From the NCBI GenBank assembly GCA_031316235.1, contig JALDRA010000001.1:2640001-2672000 (forward strand): a DNA stretch of 32,000 bases. The letters run 5' to 3'. This DNA is from Candidatus Scalindua sp. (GTDB lineage: Bacteria > Planctomycetota > Brocadiia > Brocadiales > Scalinduaceae). The notes beneath the pieces were generated by a model. That model did not search any database, was not told the DNA's origin, and saw nothing but the letters and a program-made list of their open reading frames with translations. This document shows, piece by piece, positions 1-9,200 of this stretch; the stretch's first letter is position 1, and every line of letters starts with the position of its first letter. Made by a program: the position numbers and the translations under genes.

Positions 1-1704
1 ATCCAGAAGGCGTAATGTCTCTATCCTCTCGGGTGTGAGCAATTTCCGTTTGAGAAATATCGGAAGCTTGAGGATATCTGCAACGACGGCGAATTGACTT
101 TCTGCAACTTCAAGGGGGCTTGGCATGGCAACAGCATGCTCCCGCATTTTTGCATAGTCTAGAAGGGTAAGATTCGGGACTGAAAACAGTTGACTCACCC
201 TCTCAAACTCACCGATCTCTTCTTTGTAACTGACAATATTCGTTGCAATGTCATCCTTGAGGTTGAGGAATCCCTCTAACTCCTCAACATTAGCGGCATT
301 CAGGTTGATCCTCTCCAGTAAGGGTTCTTTCGGTTTTTCCTGTATACCTCCAGGAAGGTCGTCGAGATGATCCAGAGCTGTCAAATCCTCACCGGCAAGG
401 AGCTTTAAACCTGTTTCTCCCATGGTGGAAAGATATGTCCTTCCGGGAGGTACTTTTGTGCCAAGCCTTTTTTGAGCCGCAGTAACGCTGTGAAGTCCCA
501 GGATGATCTTGGATTCCACTTCATAGGAAAAAACAAGATCCAGGATCTGATTCGTACCGTTAGAGAACAGCTCATCTTCGTATTTTCCCGCAATCCCGTT
601 GAATACGATGGTTTTAGAGTCCCGCATCTTTTTCTTGATAAGGGCGATCGTCTCGTTGCCGATGTCATAGGCCTTCATCTTCGAAAAACGTCCCTTGATT
701 TCTTTTACCTTAACGTTTATCGGATCAAGGCCCGTAAGCTTTGCCATCATGTGGTCAACCGGAAGCGTTATATCAACTGAGTATCCCCTTGCCAGTTCAA
801 GTACCACTATTGCATTACGAAGCGCCTGTGTCTGCAGATCAGGGTCTTTTTCAAGCATGCAGTTGTCTACATTATAACCCTGTACCTTGAGGAAGGGAAA
901 TGCGATGCCGCCAATGATGATGAGTCGGTCAATTTTTCCATGGACGATAAGGTTTCTCATTGCCTCAACCTTGGCTGAGACGTTGGCACCTCCAATAATG
1001 GCTGTTACCGGTTTATGAGGGTTTCTCATAAAATTTTCCAGTGCCGTTAATTCCTGTGTGAGGAGAAATCCTGCCACTTTTGGGCCCGGGATGAGCCTGG
1101 TTATCTGGCCGAGTGACGCATGCTGGCCCATGTGGGCAGAAACCGGATCTGCATTAACATAGAAATCACAATGGGTGGTATCATGGAGTTGTCCTGCAAA
1201 CGCCATAACCTCATTATCATCTTCGGATGTCTCGCCGCTCCAGAACATCACATTCTCTAACAGAAAGATACCCTTTTTATCTATCAGGGATTTTGTTTTT
1301 TCCCCGATGCAGTGGTCTGCCATGAGGACTTCACAGCCATCCGGCAGAAGGCGTTTCTCTCTCAAAATCTCTGTGAGCCGTCTGGCAACAGGTCTCAGAC
1401 TGAAACCCGAATGGATCTCCCCATCCGATGCTATACCCACCGAGGTCTTTTTTTCCTTAAAGAAATTCTCCCGTTTTCCGTTGTGGGAGACAATAATAAC
1501 CGTGTCTGCACCACTTTTAAGGATATGACGGATGTCCATGACAGTCGCCCTGATGCGTCTATCGTCAACAATCTTTCCGTCCCTTACAATATCATAGTTG
1601 ACTCTGAGAAAAACCCTCTTTCCCTGTAAGGCAGATTTGTGAAGAGTACGTATGGGGGTTTTGTGGGCGTAGGGATACCATTCTAATGTTTCATTACTAT
1701 CCAT
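1..1704 (-). CDS. pgk: Phosphoglycerate kinase-like protein with a C-terminal helix-hairpin-helix-like extension (3' end runs off the window)
   Basis: The minus-strand frame is open from ATG (1704-1702, GGAG 9 nt upstream) to position 1. I checked all 568 codons triplet by triplet and found no stop. It is missing from the ORF track, presumably because no stop lies in the window. The translation shows PGK hallmarks: GKRVFLRVNYDIV, FLLENVMFW, IIGGANVSAKV and a C-terminal LLAGEDLTAL. About 120 further aa follow, including INLNAANVEELEGF...NIVSYKEEIGEFERVSQLFSVPNL (ComEA-like HhH). Confidence 0.75.
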   Translation of the reverse strand, partial: MDSNETLEWYPYAHKTPIRTLHKSALQGKRVFLRVNYDIVRDGKIVDDRRIRATVMDIRHILKSGADTVIIVSHNGKRENFFKEKKTSVGIASDGEIHSGFSLRPVARRLTEILREKRLLPDGCEVLMADHCIGEKTKSLIDKKGIFLLENVMFWSGETSEDDNEVMAFAGQLHDTTHCDFYVNADPVSAHMGQHASLGQITRLIPGPKVAGFLLTQELTALENFMRNPHKPVTAIIGGANVSAKVEAMRNLIVHGKIDRLIIIGGIAFPFLKVQGYNVDNCMLEKDPDLQTQALRNAIVVLELARGYSVDITLPVDHMMAKLTGLDPINVKVKEIKGRFSKMKAYDIGNETIALIKKKMRDSKTIVFNGIAGKYEDELFSNGTNQILDLVFSYEVESKIILGLHSVTAAQKRLGTKVPPGRTYLSTMGETGLKLLAGEDLTALDHLDDLPGGIQEKPKEPLLERINLNAANVEELEGFLNLKDDIATNIVSYKEEIGEFERVSQLFSVPNLTLLDYAKMREHAVAMPSPLEVAESQFAVVADILKLPIFLKRKLLTPERIETLRLLD

Positions 1705-2231
1705 TGTCTCTTTCTCCTTCTGTTTTTTCAGCTGCAAAACATTGCGTTCAGCAGGTTCGAAACCAAACTGACATGTCATATGGACCAGTGAAACGTATCC
1801 GTTGCGTTGCGTGTACTGTTTCCGCCCATGATACCTTTATAAACCGAATTATCAATGCCTATTTTTCCTGGAATCACAGGCATGGAAATGTTCTGTATGG
1901 GGCCTTATACGAAGGAGAGAATTTTGACCCCTGTCGCTGCTGTTGCGGTTGGAATGGAAATGGAGACCGGCTGGTAAAATTGCTCTTGACTTAATCATCT
2001 GTTACCTTTATTTTGTTTAGTCTGTTTATGTTTATACCTGAAGTAAGAGATTTGTATCGCAAAACCCTCATTTCTGTTCTGATGGAAGGAGGTGTGGTAT
2101 GCAGCATCTGATGAATGGCATCAGAATTTTGCGGTAGGAAGAATTGCAGATGTGATGGATTGCAGACGTCATCGGCATAAGTACTGGCGGGTTACTCTAC
2201 CGGAGAAATTGTAAGAAAAGGAGAAAGATGA

Positions 2232-2642
2232 ATGACTCTTGAGAAATGGGATCCGTGGCAGGAATTTGCAACCCTGCAGCAAAGTGTTAATGAATTGTTC
2301 AATGAGTTTTTTACCCGTTTTATCACAACAAAAGAGATTGCATTTACGCCTCAGATAAATATCTATGAGACACAGAATGAGATTATGCTCAACGTTGCTC
2401 TGCCGGGTACCCTTCAGGAGGATATTGATATCTCTCTGGAGGAGGAGGATGTTCTCTATATCAGGGGTGAGAGGATTAACCCTCATACGTCAACTGGTGA
2501 CTTGTGCCGTATTGAAGAGGTGCCTTACGGGTATTTTGAACGGAAAATACCATTATCGGCAAAGTGTGTTTCTGAAAAGATGAAGGCGGATTATTCTGAA
2601 GGAATTCTCACGATACAATTAAGCAAGAAGGCAAAAAAATGA
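2232..2642 (+). CDS. hsp20: Small heat-shock protein, Hsp20/alpha-crystallin family
   Basis: 136 aa. It has the typical N-terminal W-P-F region, an alpha-crystallin core ([17 protein letters not shown]...[16 protein letters not shown]) and a C-terminal GILTIQL motif. AGGAG lies upstream of the ATG. The stop overlaps the dnaJ start (ATGA). Confidence 0.9.
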   Translation: MTLEKWDPWQEFATLQQSVNELFNEFFTRFITTKEIAFTPQINIYETQNEIMLNVALPGTLQEDIDISLEEEDVLYIRGERINPHTSTGDLCRIEEVPYGYFERKIPLSAKCVSEKMKADYSEGILTIQLSKKAKK

Positions 2643-3730
2643 ATTCTCACAGCACAAACGAACGTGATTATTACGAGGTATTAGGGGTCAGCAAAAACGC
2701 AACAGGTGACGATATAAAAAAGGCATATAGAAGGCTGGCACTGAAATATCATCCTGATAAAAATAAAGGTGATAAGGGCGCAGAGAAAAAGTTCAAGGAG
2801 GCGGCGAATGCATATGAGGTCTTACACGATCCTGAAAAAAAGAAGGTGTACGATTCCCGGGGCCGTGCCGGTCTCGATGATATTGGATACCATGGTTTTG
2901 AAAACAGCGATGAAATTTTCAGTAATTTTGGAGATATTTTTGGTGATATATTCGGGAAGCGGTTTCACAGAGAAAGAGTAGGACCGCAAAGGGGGATGGA
3001 TCTCAAGTATACCGTAACGATTTCATTTCTTGATGCCGCATTAGGATGTGAGAAACAGATTCGATTTGAGAAACAGGATATCTGTGAGATATGCAAAGGC
3101 AGCGGTGCCCAGAATGGGGACATAAAGGTCTGTTCTCAGTGCAATGGTACCGGGCATGTAAGTAATCAGCAGAAATCACATGGCGGTTTTTTTACCTTCA
3201 GTACCGCCTGTCCGAGGTGTGATGGTGCGGGGAAGATGGTTGAAAATCCATGTCTCAATTGCAGGGGAGAGGGGCGTTTGATTAAGACAAAAGTCCTGGC
3301 GGTCAAGATCCCTGCCGGGACGGAAGAAGGCTCTCTGTTAAGGCTTACCGCCCAGGGTGAGGCGGGTATTCGTGGTGGTACTGCCGGTGATCTCTATATC
3401 AGGGTCAACGTCACACCGCATCCTTTTTTTGAGAGACAGGGACTGGATATCAAAAATGATGTATCCGTATCTTTTGCAAAGGCGGCGTTGGGCGGAGAGG
3501 TTGAGGTGTCTACTCTGCGTGGAAAGGCTCTGTTAAAGATACCAAAGTGTACGCAATCTCACCAGGTTCTGAGGATGACGGGACAGGGGATCAAGACCAA
3601 AGGGGGGAGAAGCGGCGATCAGCTGGTGCGGATTATTGTAACTGTTCCCAGGAGTTTATCTGAGCAGCAGGAGAAACTCCTGCGTGACTTTATAAAACTT
3701 GAAGAGAGCGAAATTGAGAACGGGAAGTGA
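2639..3730 (+). CDS. dnaJ: Molecular chaperone DnaJ (type I: J domain, G/F region, four CxxCxGxG zinc-finger repeats)
   Basis: It has the J domain (DYYEVLGV...[13 protein letters not shown]), a G/F stretch ([13 protein letters not shown]) and four zinc-finger repeats: [24 protein letters not shown] and CLNCRGEG. Confidence 0.9.
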   Translation: MNSHSTNERDYYEVLGVSKNATGDDIKKAYRRLALKYHPDKNKGDKGAEKKFKEAANAYEVLHDPEKKKVYDSRGRAGLDDIGYHGFENSDEIFSNFGDIFGDIFGKRFHRERVGPQRGMDLKYTVTISFLDAALGCEKQIRFEKQDICEICKGSGAQNGDIKVCSQCNGTGHVSNQQKSHGGFFTFSTACPRCDGAGKMVENPCLNCRGEGRLIKTKVLAVKIPAGTEEGSLLRLTAQGEAGIRGGTAGDLYIRVNVTPHPFFERQGLDIKNDVSVSFAKAALGGEVEVSTLRGKALLKIPKCTQSHQVLRMTGQGIKTKGGRSGDQLVRIIVTVPRSLSEQQEKLLRDFIKLEESEIENGK

Positions 3731-3783
3731 ATTTTTTGTTGTTTTTGGTTTTTGAGAGAGGTAATTATTTCCCATGGCTCAGA

Positions 3784-4584
3784 ATGACTGAATTAGTCGA
3801 GAACGTCCTTACGAAGAATGGTATTAAGTATGTCCACTTAAACGGAAGTGTGCCGTCAAAGAAGAGAAAAGGGCTGATGTCTCAGTTTAAGGAAGATCCG
3901 GATTGTAAGGTGTTTCTGTCTACAGACGCGGGTGGTGTTGGGTTGAATCTCCAGAGCGGGTCGGTTGTGATCAACATGGATATCCCCTGGAATCCAGCAG
4001 TACTGGAGCAGAGGATTGGGCGCGTACACAGGTTGGGACAGAAAAAAACCGTTCGCGTTATAAACTTTATCTCCTCTCCCTCGATTGAATCAAGGATACT
4101 GGAACTTTTAAAATTTAAAAAGTCTCTTTTTGCAGGAGCTTTGGATGCCGAAGGTGAAGATGTCGTTATGGTAGGAGAATCACAGATCAGGCGATTTGTA
4201 AAAACGGTGGAAACAGTAACAGAAACGATGGGAAAGTCAGATCCTGCGGTAGAGGAAAAGGAGGAGAGAGAAGCGGAAAGAGATGAAAGAGAAGCAGAAT
4301 TAAAAGATCTCGCCGAAGAACAGGGTCTAAGGCCTCCGTCAACTGCCGAAATAAGCCCAGGAGAGGCGGAACAGCTGAGTAATCTCCTGAAAGCGGGGGC
4401 ACAGTTTTTGACTCATCTGAGTAAGGTTATTACCGGTCCCGCAGCATCCTCAGATAAAGACGGTGGATCGTTAATCGGTAAAGATGAAAAGAGTGGCAAG
4501 ACCTATGTAAAGATACCGCTTCCGGAAAAGGATGTTGTTAAAAATATATTTTCCGCACTCGGTGATTTACTTCCAAAACCGTGA
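3784..4584 (+). CDS. SNF2-family helicase C-terminal (RecA2) domain only, with an acidic tail; probably a 5'-truncated remnant or orphan domain
   Basis: Helicase motifs IV-VI are present (FLSTDAGGVGLNLQSGSVVINMDIPWNPAVLEQRIGRVHRLGQKK). No SNF2_N/DEAH ATPase lobe is encoded upstream, because dnaJ ends at 3730. The track ORF starts at GTG 3727. The internal ATG at 3784 (MTELVENVL) is the first plausible start. Confidence 0.6.
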   Translation: MTELVENVLTKNGIKYVHLNGSVPSKKRKGLMSQFKEDPDCKVFLSTDAGGVGLNLQSGSVVINMDIPWNPAVLEQRIGRVHRLGQKKTVRVINFISSPSIESRILELLKFKKSLFAGALDAEGEDVVMVGESQIRRFVKTVETVTETMGKSDPAVEEKEEREAERDEREAELKDLAEEQGLRPPSTAEISPGEAEQLSNLLKAGAQFLTHLSKVITGPAASSDKDGGSLIGKDEKSGKTYVKIPLPEKDVVKNIFSALGDLLPKP

Positions 4585-4610
4585 GGGAAAAATGGAAAAT
4601 GATTTCGGCT

Positions 4611-4652
4611 TTATCTCGAATTTTTATCCGAAAACCATTATGAGATGAGTAT
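4611..4652 (+). repeat. RPT-C core motif, partial copy
   Basis: ttatctcgaatttttatccgaaaaccattatgagatgagtat matches the conserved core of the copies at 12598-12710 (inverted), 16391-16494 and 23531-23623. Confidence 0.5.
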
Positions 4653-4752
4653 CAACAGTTTTGCCATGAGTGTTTTTTTAGATTGACGAAGAGAATGCGT
4701 TGGTTTCTTTTTCACTGATGCGTTATAAAAATCGTAATTCCCAAATACCAGA

Positions 4753-5286
4753 TCATCTATTACTCAGCTTACGTTTGATATCATATGCCACAATTCCAAA
4801 TGCAACTGAGACATTGAGAGAGTTTTTGAGTCCTGACATCTCTATTTCAACAGGCACATCGCACAACTTCAGGAACTCATCAGAAACACCCTCCACCTCA
4901 TTCCCGAGAACAAGGCAGACAGGCCTGCCCGGCTGGTACAGATGGTAAGAACGCGCACTGTTTATCTGCTCGAGCAATACAATCTCATAACCATGGGCCT
5001 TATACAGACGGGCAACAGACACCGCATCCCACGCATAACTCCAATTTACCACCTTTTCTGCGCCGAGTGCTGTCTTGGAAATCACTGAGCGTGAACTCCC
5101 GGGTGTCCCCGTGATGCCGCACAACCATAGTTTCTCAACACCAACGCCATCCGCTGTCCTGAAAATTGAGCCCACATTATAGAGGCTTCGAATATGGTTT
5201 AAGATGACGACAAGCGGGACAGATTGTCTCTCTGCGTACTTTGTACGCTGACGCACCAAAATCTCATTGTCGGTTAGTTTCCGCAT
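4753..5286 (-). CDS. SpoU/TrmH-family RNA 2'-O-methyltransferase
   Basis: 177 aa. SPOUT motifs are present: NVGSIFRTADGVGV, LVLGNEVEGVS and IEMSGLKNSLNVSVAFGIVAY. Confidence 0.85.
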   Translation of the reverse strand: MRKLTDNEILVRQRTKYAERQSVPLVVILNHIRSLYNVGSIFRTADGVGVEKLWLCGITGTPGSSRSVISKTALGAEKVVNWSYAWDAVSVARLYKAHGYEIVLLEQINSARSYHLYQPGRPVCLVLGNEVEGVSDEFLKLCDVPVEIEMSGLKNSLNVSVAFGIVAYDIKRKLSNR

Positions 5287-5468
5287 CGTACCGGGTCCTG
5301 AGTTGAGCCATTATGCCAGAGTCCCAACGACATGATCGGCCGGGAAATAAAAAAGGAGGCAGCTCATGATTTGTGATCACTCGTTTTCTGGAAGAGCCCT
5401 CGTATGATTGTATCAAATTTCTGCCTGAAGGCTCAGGGAAAAATTACTTGAATACCTCAAAAAAACAA

Positions 5469-5497
5469 TGGACATTGTATGCATGAGATAGTAAAAT
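5469..5497 (+). promoter_or_regulatory. Candidate sigma70-type promoter for vapB (TGGACA-N17-TAAAAT), flanked by two ATGCAT palindromes
   Basis: TGGACA is at 5469-5474 and TAAAAT at 5492-5497, 17 nt apart. ATGCAT occurs at 5479 and 5499. This is pattern match only. Confidence 0.3.
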
Positions 5498-5516
5498 TAT
5501 GCATAAGGAGGTGGCA

Positions 5517-5714
5517 ATGAGGACGACACTTGATTTACCGGAAGAATTAATGCGGGAAGCAATGAAGGCGGCTCATGTTAAGACAAAGACAAGCGTAATT
5601 ATCCTTGCTCTAAAAGAATTGATCAGGAAGTCAAAAATTTCTGATCTGAAAACATTCAAGGGAAAGGTTGATATGGATATTGATCTGGATGTACTGAGGG
5701 ATCGGAATACCTGA
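5517..5714 (+). CDS. vapB: VapB-type (ribbon-helix-helix, DUF2191-like) antitoxin
   Basis: MRTTLDLPEELMREAMKA...TKTSVIILALKELI is the typical N-terminus of this antitoxin family. AAGGAGG lies 5 nt upstream of ATG 5517. The track start at 5499 lacks an SD. Confidence 0.8.
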   Translation: MRTTLDLPEELMREAMKAAHVKTKTSVIILALKELIRKSKISDLKTFKGKVDMDIDLDVLRDRNT

Positions 5715-5823
5715 TTTGATTATCGCGCAAAATTCAAAACAAAATAATTGTAGAATTTACTCTTTAGACAGCCATTTTCTTATGTTGCAAAAGATCGTTG
5801 GAATCAGAAACTATGGATACTGA
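5713..5823 (+). pseudogene. vapC (PIN-domain toxin) remnant: only the last ~36 codons survive
   Basis: The frame overlapping the vapB stop reads DLIIAQNSKQNNCRIYSLDSHFLMLQKIVGIRNYGY*. This is the conserved C-terminal D-x-LIA...T-x-D-x-HF segment of PIN toxins. No start codon and no N-terminal ~95 aa are present. Confidence 0.6.
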
Positions 5824-6072
5824 TGTAACTCTCCAATAGACACTCTGGAATCAAACCTATTCTCGTTTTAATCCATTAACCCTATCAGAAAAAACTTGTC
5901 TGTCAAGAAACCTTAATATCCAAGGCATGTTCATATGAGAAAATTGGGTAGCAGGAAGAAAACATAAAAGACGGACTGATTTAATATACTTTCAGAAGAA
6001 CTGAAAAAGCTTTTTTGCTTCATGTACTGAAGATGCTTTGTTAATCGTTTCATAAATATATTTGTTTTTACG

Positions 6073-6232
6073 TAGTGTCCTGCTGGATTTTTGTGCGCGC
6101 AGCTTTTGACATATCAGAACGTTTTTGTCGGTTATCCAGAGGTCCGCGCATCCTGGATTCCCGCTAAAAACATGCGGGAATGACTGCTTTACACCAATAA
6201 AATGGAACACGCAAGAACCTAACCGGACAATG
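6073..6232. mobile_element. RPT-B, a ~160-bp TIR miniature element (degenerate copy) with an ATTCCCGC-N9-GCGGGAAT hairpin core
   Basis: It shares ggattcccgctaaaaacatgcgggaatgac and the right end aacctaaccggaca with the copy at 23364-23529. The left TIR is degenerate (agtgtcctgctggattttt versus agtgtccggttaggttttt). The right TIR supplies the last codons and stop of hrpA. Confidence 0.5.
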
Positions 6233-9200
6233 TTGGCTTTTTCTCTATTTGACTGAATTTTTCCAGGCATCTGTCCAACCGTTTGGTTGAAACAGGGATT
6301 GCAGTCCGGAGTTCCGCGGCAAAGAGCGACACCTTGTACTCTTCCAGCATCCAGTATAATTCTCGAACTGCTGATTGTTGTGCCCCTGATAAAGAGCTGT
6401 TTTCATGAAGGGCTCTCCACTTATTCAAGTACGGTGTTATCTTTTCCATTTTTCCCTGATCTTTCGGGAGATTTACGGCAAGCCTTTCTGCTCGAACGCT
6501 CATTGCTTTCAGATAGCGCGGGAGATGCTGTAGTTGCGTATAAGGGATAGTCCTTAAAAAGTCCGGTGGTAACAACTGGTTGAGTTGTGCCGTAAGCTCT
6601 TGGTAGGCTTCCCCGAGTGATCGCTGGTTGAGAAATCTATCCAGATCCTTTCGCGTCTCATGGTACTGGCATAAAATCCTTTCAAGGGTATCTTTAAATT
6701 TGACCATGAGTCCGTCGAGTCTCTTTTTGACGAGAGCAAGATGTTTCTCGTAAGCTTTTCTGCTCTCAATCCACGTGACTTCAAACAGGTAGTTATGGAG
6801 ATTCTCCCTTGCGTATTCCTGTAATTGTGCCACACTTCCAAACACCGTATACTCTCCTTCCAATCCTCTCAGATCGTTCAGGTCTCGTTCCAGCCAGGCT
6901 GTTTCGTATCCCAGCTGGAGCAGTAAGAGCTGTTTAATCCCTTCCTTTGTCGCAGTACAGGCCTCCTCTTTCCGGTGAAACAGGCAGCGGTGGATCCCCT
7001 CTTCATCTGCTTTCAGCCCGGGGTATCCATACAGTGGAATGCCGGAAGGGGTTTCCAGGATAATCTGCTGTTGTAAATCCTCAAAAGACCAGCTGCTCAA
7101 GTTGTGCAGCTCCCATTGGTTTGAAGCCTCTCTCCACTGCGATAATTCCAGGGATGAATCATCAGCGTGACTTTTCTCTTTCAACAGCCTTTTTCCCTCT
7201 TTCAAGAGGGTATTGACGTCCCTTCCCCTTGCGATCACGTTGTGTTGATGGTCTTCGATTTCGATCCGCATCTTCAGGTAGTCGGGTAACCGCCCTTCAT
7301 CCCACTCATCGGGTGAAATAGAGACACCGCTAGTCCGGAGAAGATGGTCACTCAATGCTTCTAAAAAAGAGGGGTGGGTGCGTTTGATGTTCTGTGCAGC
7401 TGTTTTTGCCGTTTCCGGAATTGGTACCAGCAGCTTCCTCAGCTTTTTGGGGAGGCCTTTCATCAGGTAAAGGATCTTCTCTTCCCATAGTCCCGGTACT
7501 AACCAATCGAGGGAGTCAGCATCCATGTACGGCAGCATCTTTTCTTCAATCCGTAAGGTAACGCCGTCCCTGTTCTCTTCAGGCTTAAATCGATAGTTCA
7601 GTGGAAGTATATGGTTACCAAGGTTCCAGTTATCGGGAAAATCCTGTCGAGAAGGTTCTTCAAATGCAATGGAAAAATCTTTTTCACTCATAAAGAGAAA
7701 TCGTTGATTCTCCTTTTTGTTCTTTTTCATAAGCAGGCCATTCAAGTCATGGGCAGAGGCTATGTGGTGAAGTCGTTCTGTATAAAAATCTCTCATGGCC
7801 CGGTTTACTTCAAATTCATAACAGCGGCGAAGTTTTGCCCCTTTCTGTATGATGCGCTCTTTTAACGCCCGGTTGTGTTCGAAAAAGGGATGAGGGGCGT
7901 GCAGCTTCCCTTCAACGAGCGCCTTTTCTATAAAGAGGGCGGTTGCTTCCCGGGGGTTGATTTTTCCATAATGCACCAGGCGGCGGGGAACAATTACCAG
8001 GCCGTAGAGCGTCACTTTCTCATAGGCAGTTACGCTCTGCTTCTTTTCGTTGTAAGATGGCTCTGAATAAGAGCGTTTGCAGAGCTCTTTCCCGATTGCC
8101 TCCAGCCAATCCACTTCAATGTTTGCGACTCGTCTTGCAAAGAGCCTGGAGGTCTCAACCAGCTCTGAGGCAACAATCCAGGGTTGCCCTTTATTGAAAA
8201 CTCCGGAACCGGGAAAAACCATAATTTCACGATTTCCAGTGGTCTGGTAGAGATTCTTCTCCTTTTTGAACGCAATTTGAGTCAGGTGTCCTGCAAGGAT
8301 GGAAACATGGATGCCCCGATAATCGGAGATCTCTTGTTTCAGAGGGAAGTCTGAAGGTTTATTGAACAATTTCATCAGCTGGCGATGAATGTCCCGCCAC
8401 TCACGCATGCGCGAAAACGACAGGAAATGTGCTTTACAGAACTTCCGCATCTTGTTCTCGGTTTTCAGTGATTCCCATTGTGTATGGTAGCTGTTCCAGA
8501 TGTTCAGGAGTGTGATAAAGTCGGAAGTGCGGTCTATGAAGGCACTGTGGCACTCTCTTGCCTGCTCCGTCTTTTCAAGTGGGTATTCTCTCGGGTCCTG
8601 GATCGAGATCCCCGCCGCAATCACCAGGACTTCTCGCAAGGTGTTTTCCTGTTTGGCAGCCAGCAGCATACGGGCAGTTCTCGGTTCAATGGGCAATTGC
8701 GCCATTTCGCGCCCCAGCGAAGTGAGTTCCCTGGCATCATCTAAAGCCCCCAGCTCTTTTAACAATTTGATGCCGCTTCTGACTGCAGAGGAGGAAGGGG
8801 GGTCAATAAAGGGAAATTCCTCAATGTCTCCAAGGCGCTGGTATTTCATACGCAAAATCACCTCTGCCAGGGAGGAGCGTACTATTTCCGGTGGGGTAAA
8901 TTCCGGACGCTGTTGATAATCCTCTTCGGAGTAGAGTCGGATACAGACTCCCCTCTCCACTCGTCCGGCACGCCCTTTTCTCTGATTTGCGCTGCTGCGT
9001 GAAATTGCTTCAACCGGCAACCGCAAGGTGTGAGACCGGTTACTGAAGCGGCTGAGCCTCGCCAGACCGGTGTCTATGATATAACGGACACCGGGGATGG
9101 TCAGTGAAGTTTCAGCGATATTGGTTGCGACTATGACCTTACGCTGAGAGGTGTTTTGAAAAATACGGTTTTGATCACGGTGTGAGAGCCGTCCGAAAAG

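Noticed and set aside
1745-1765. GGTTCGAAACC string resembling a tRNA T-loop.
   Set aside because: The flanking bases cannot form a T-stem, acceptor stem or anticodon arm. I found no cloverleaf and no other tRNA-like segment in the window.
5345-5405. 13-codon ORF (MICDHSFSGRALV) behind a strong AAGGAGG in the trmH-vapB intergenic region.
   Set aside because: It is too short to evaluate. One or a few chance AAGGAGG occurrences are expected in 32 kb on two strands, and I could see no conservation evidence.
5992-6270. 92-aa minus-strand ORF downstream of hrpA.
   Set aside because: It spans the RPT-B element and overlaps the hrpA 3' end. It shows no SD and no family signal.
8500-8916. 138-aa ORF, plus several 60-107-aa ORFs, on the + strand inside 6219-10208.
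   Set aside because: All are antisense or alternate-frame to hrpA, whose 1329-aa frame carries unmistakable DEAH-helicase motifs. They are typical shadow ORFs.
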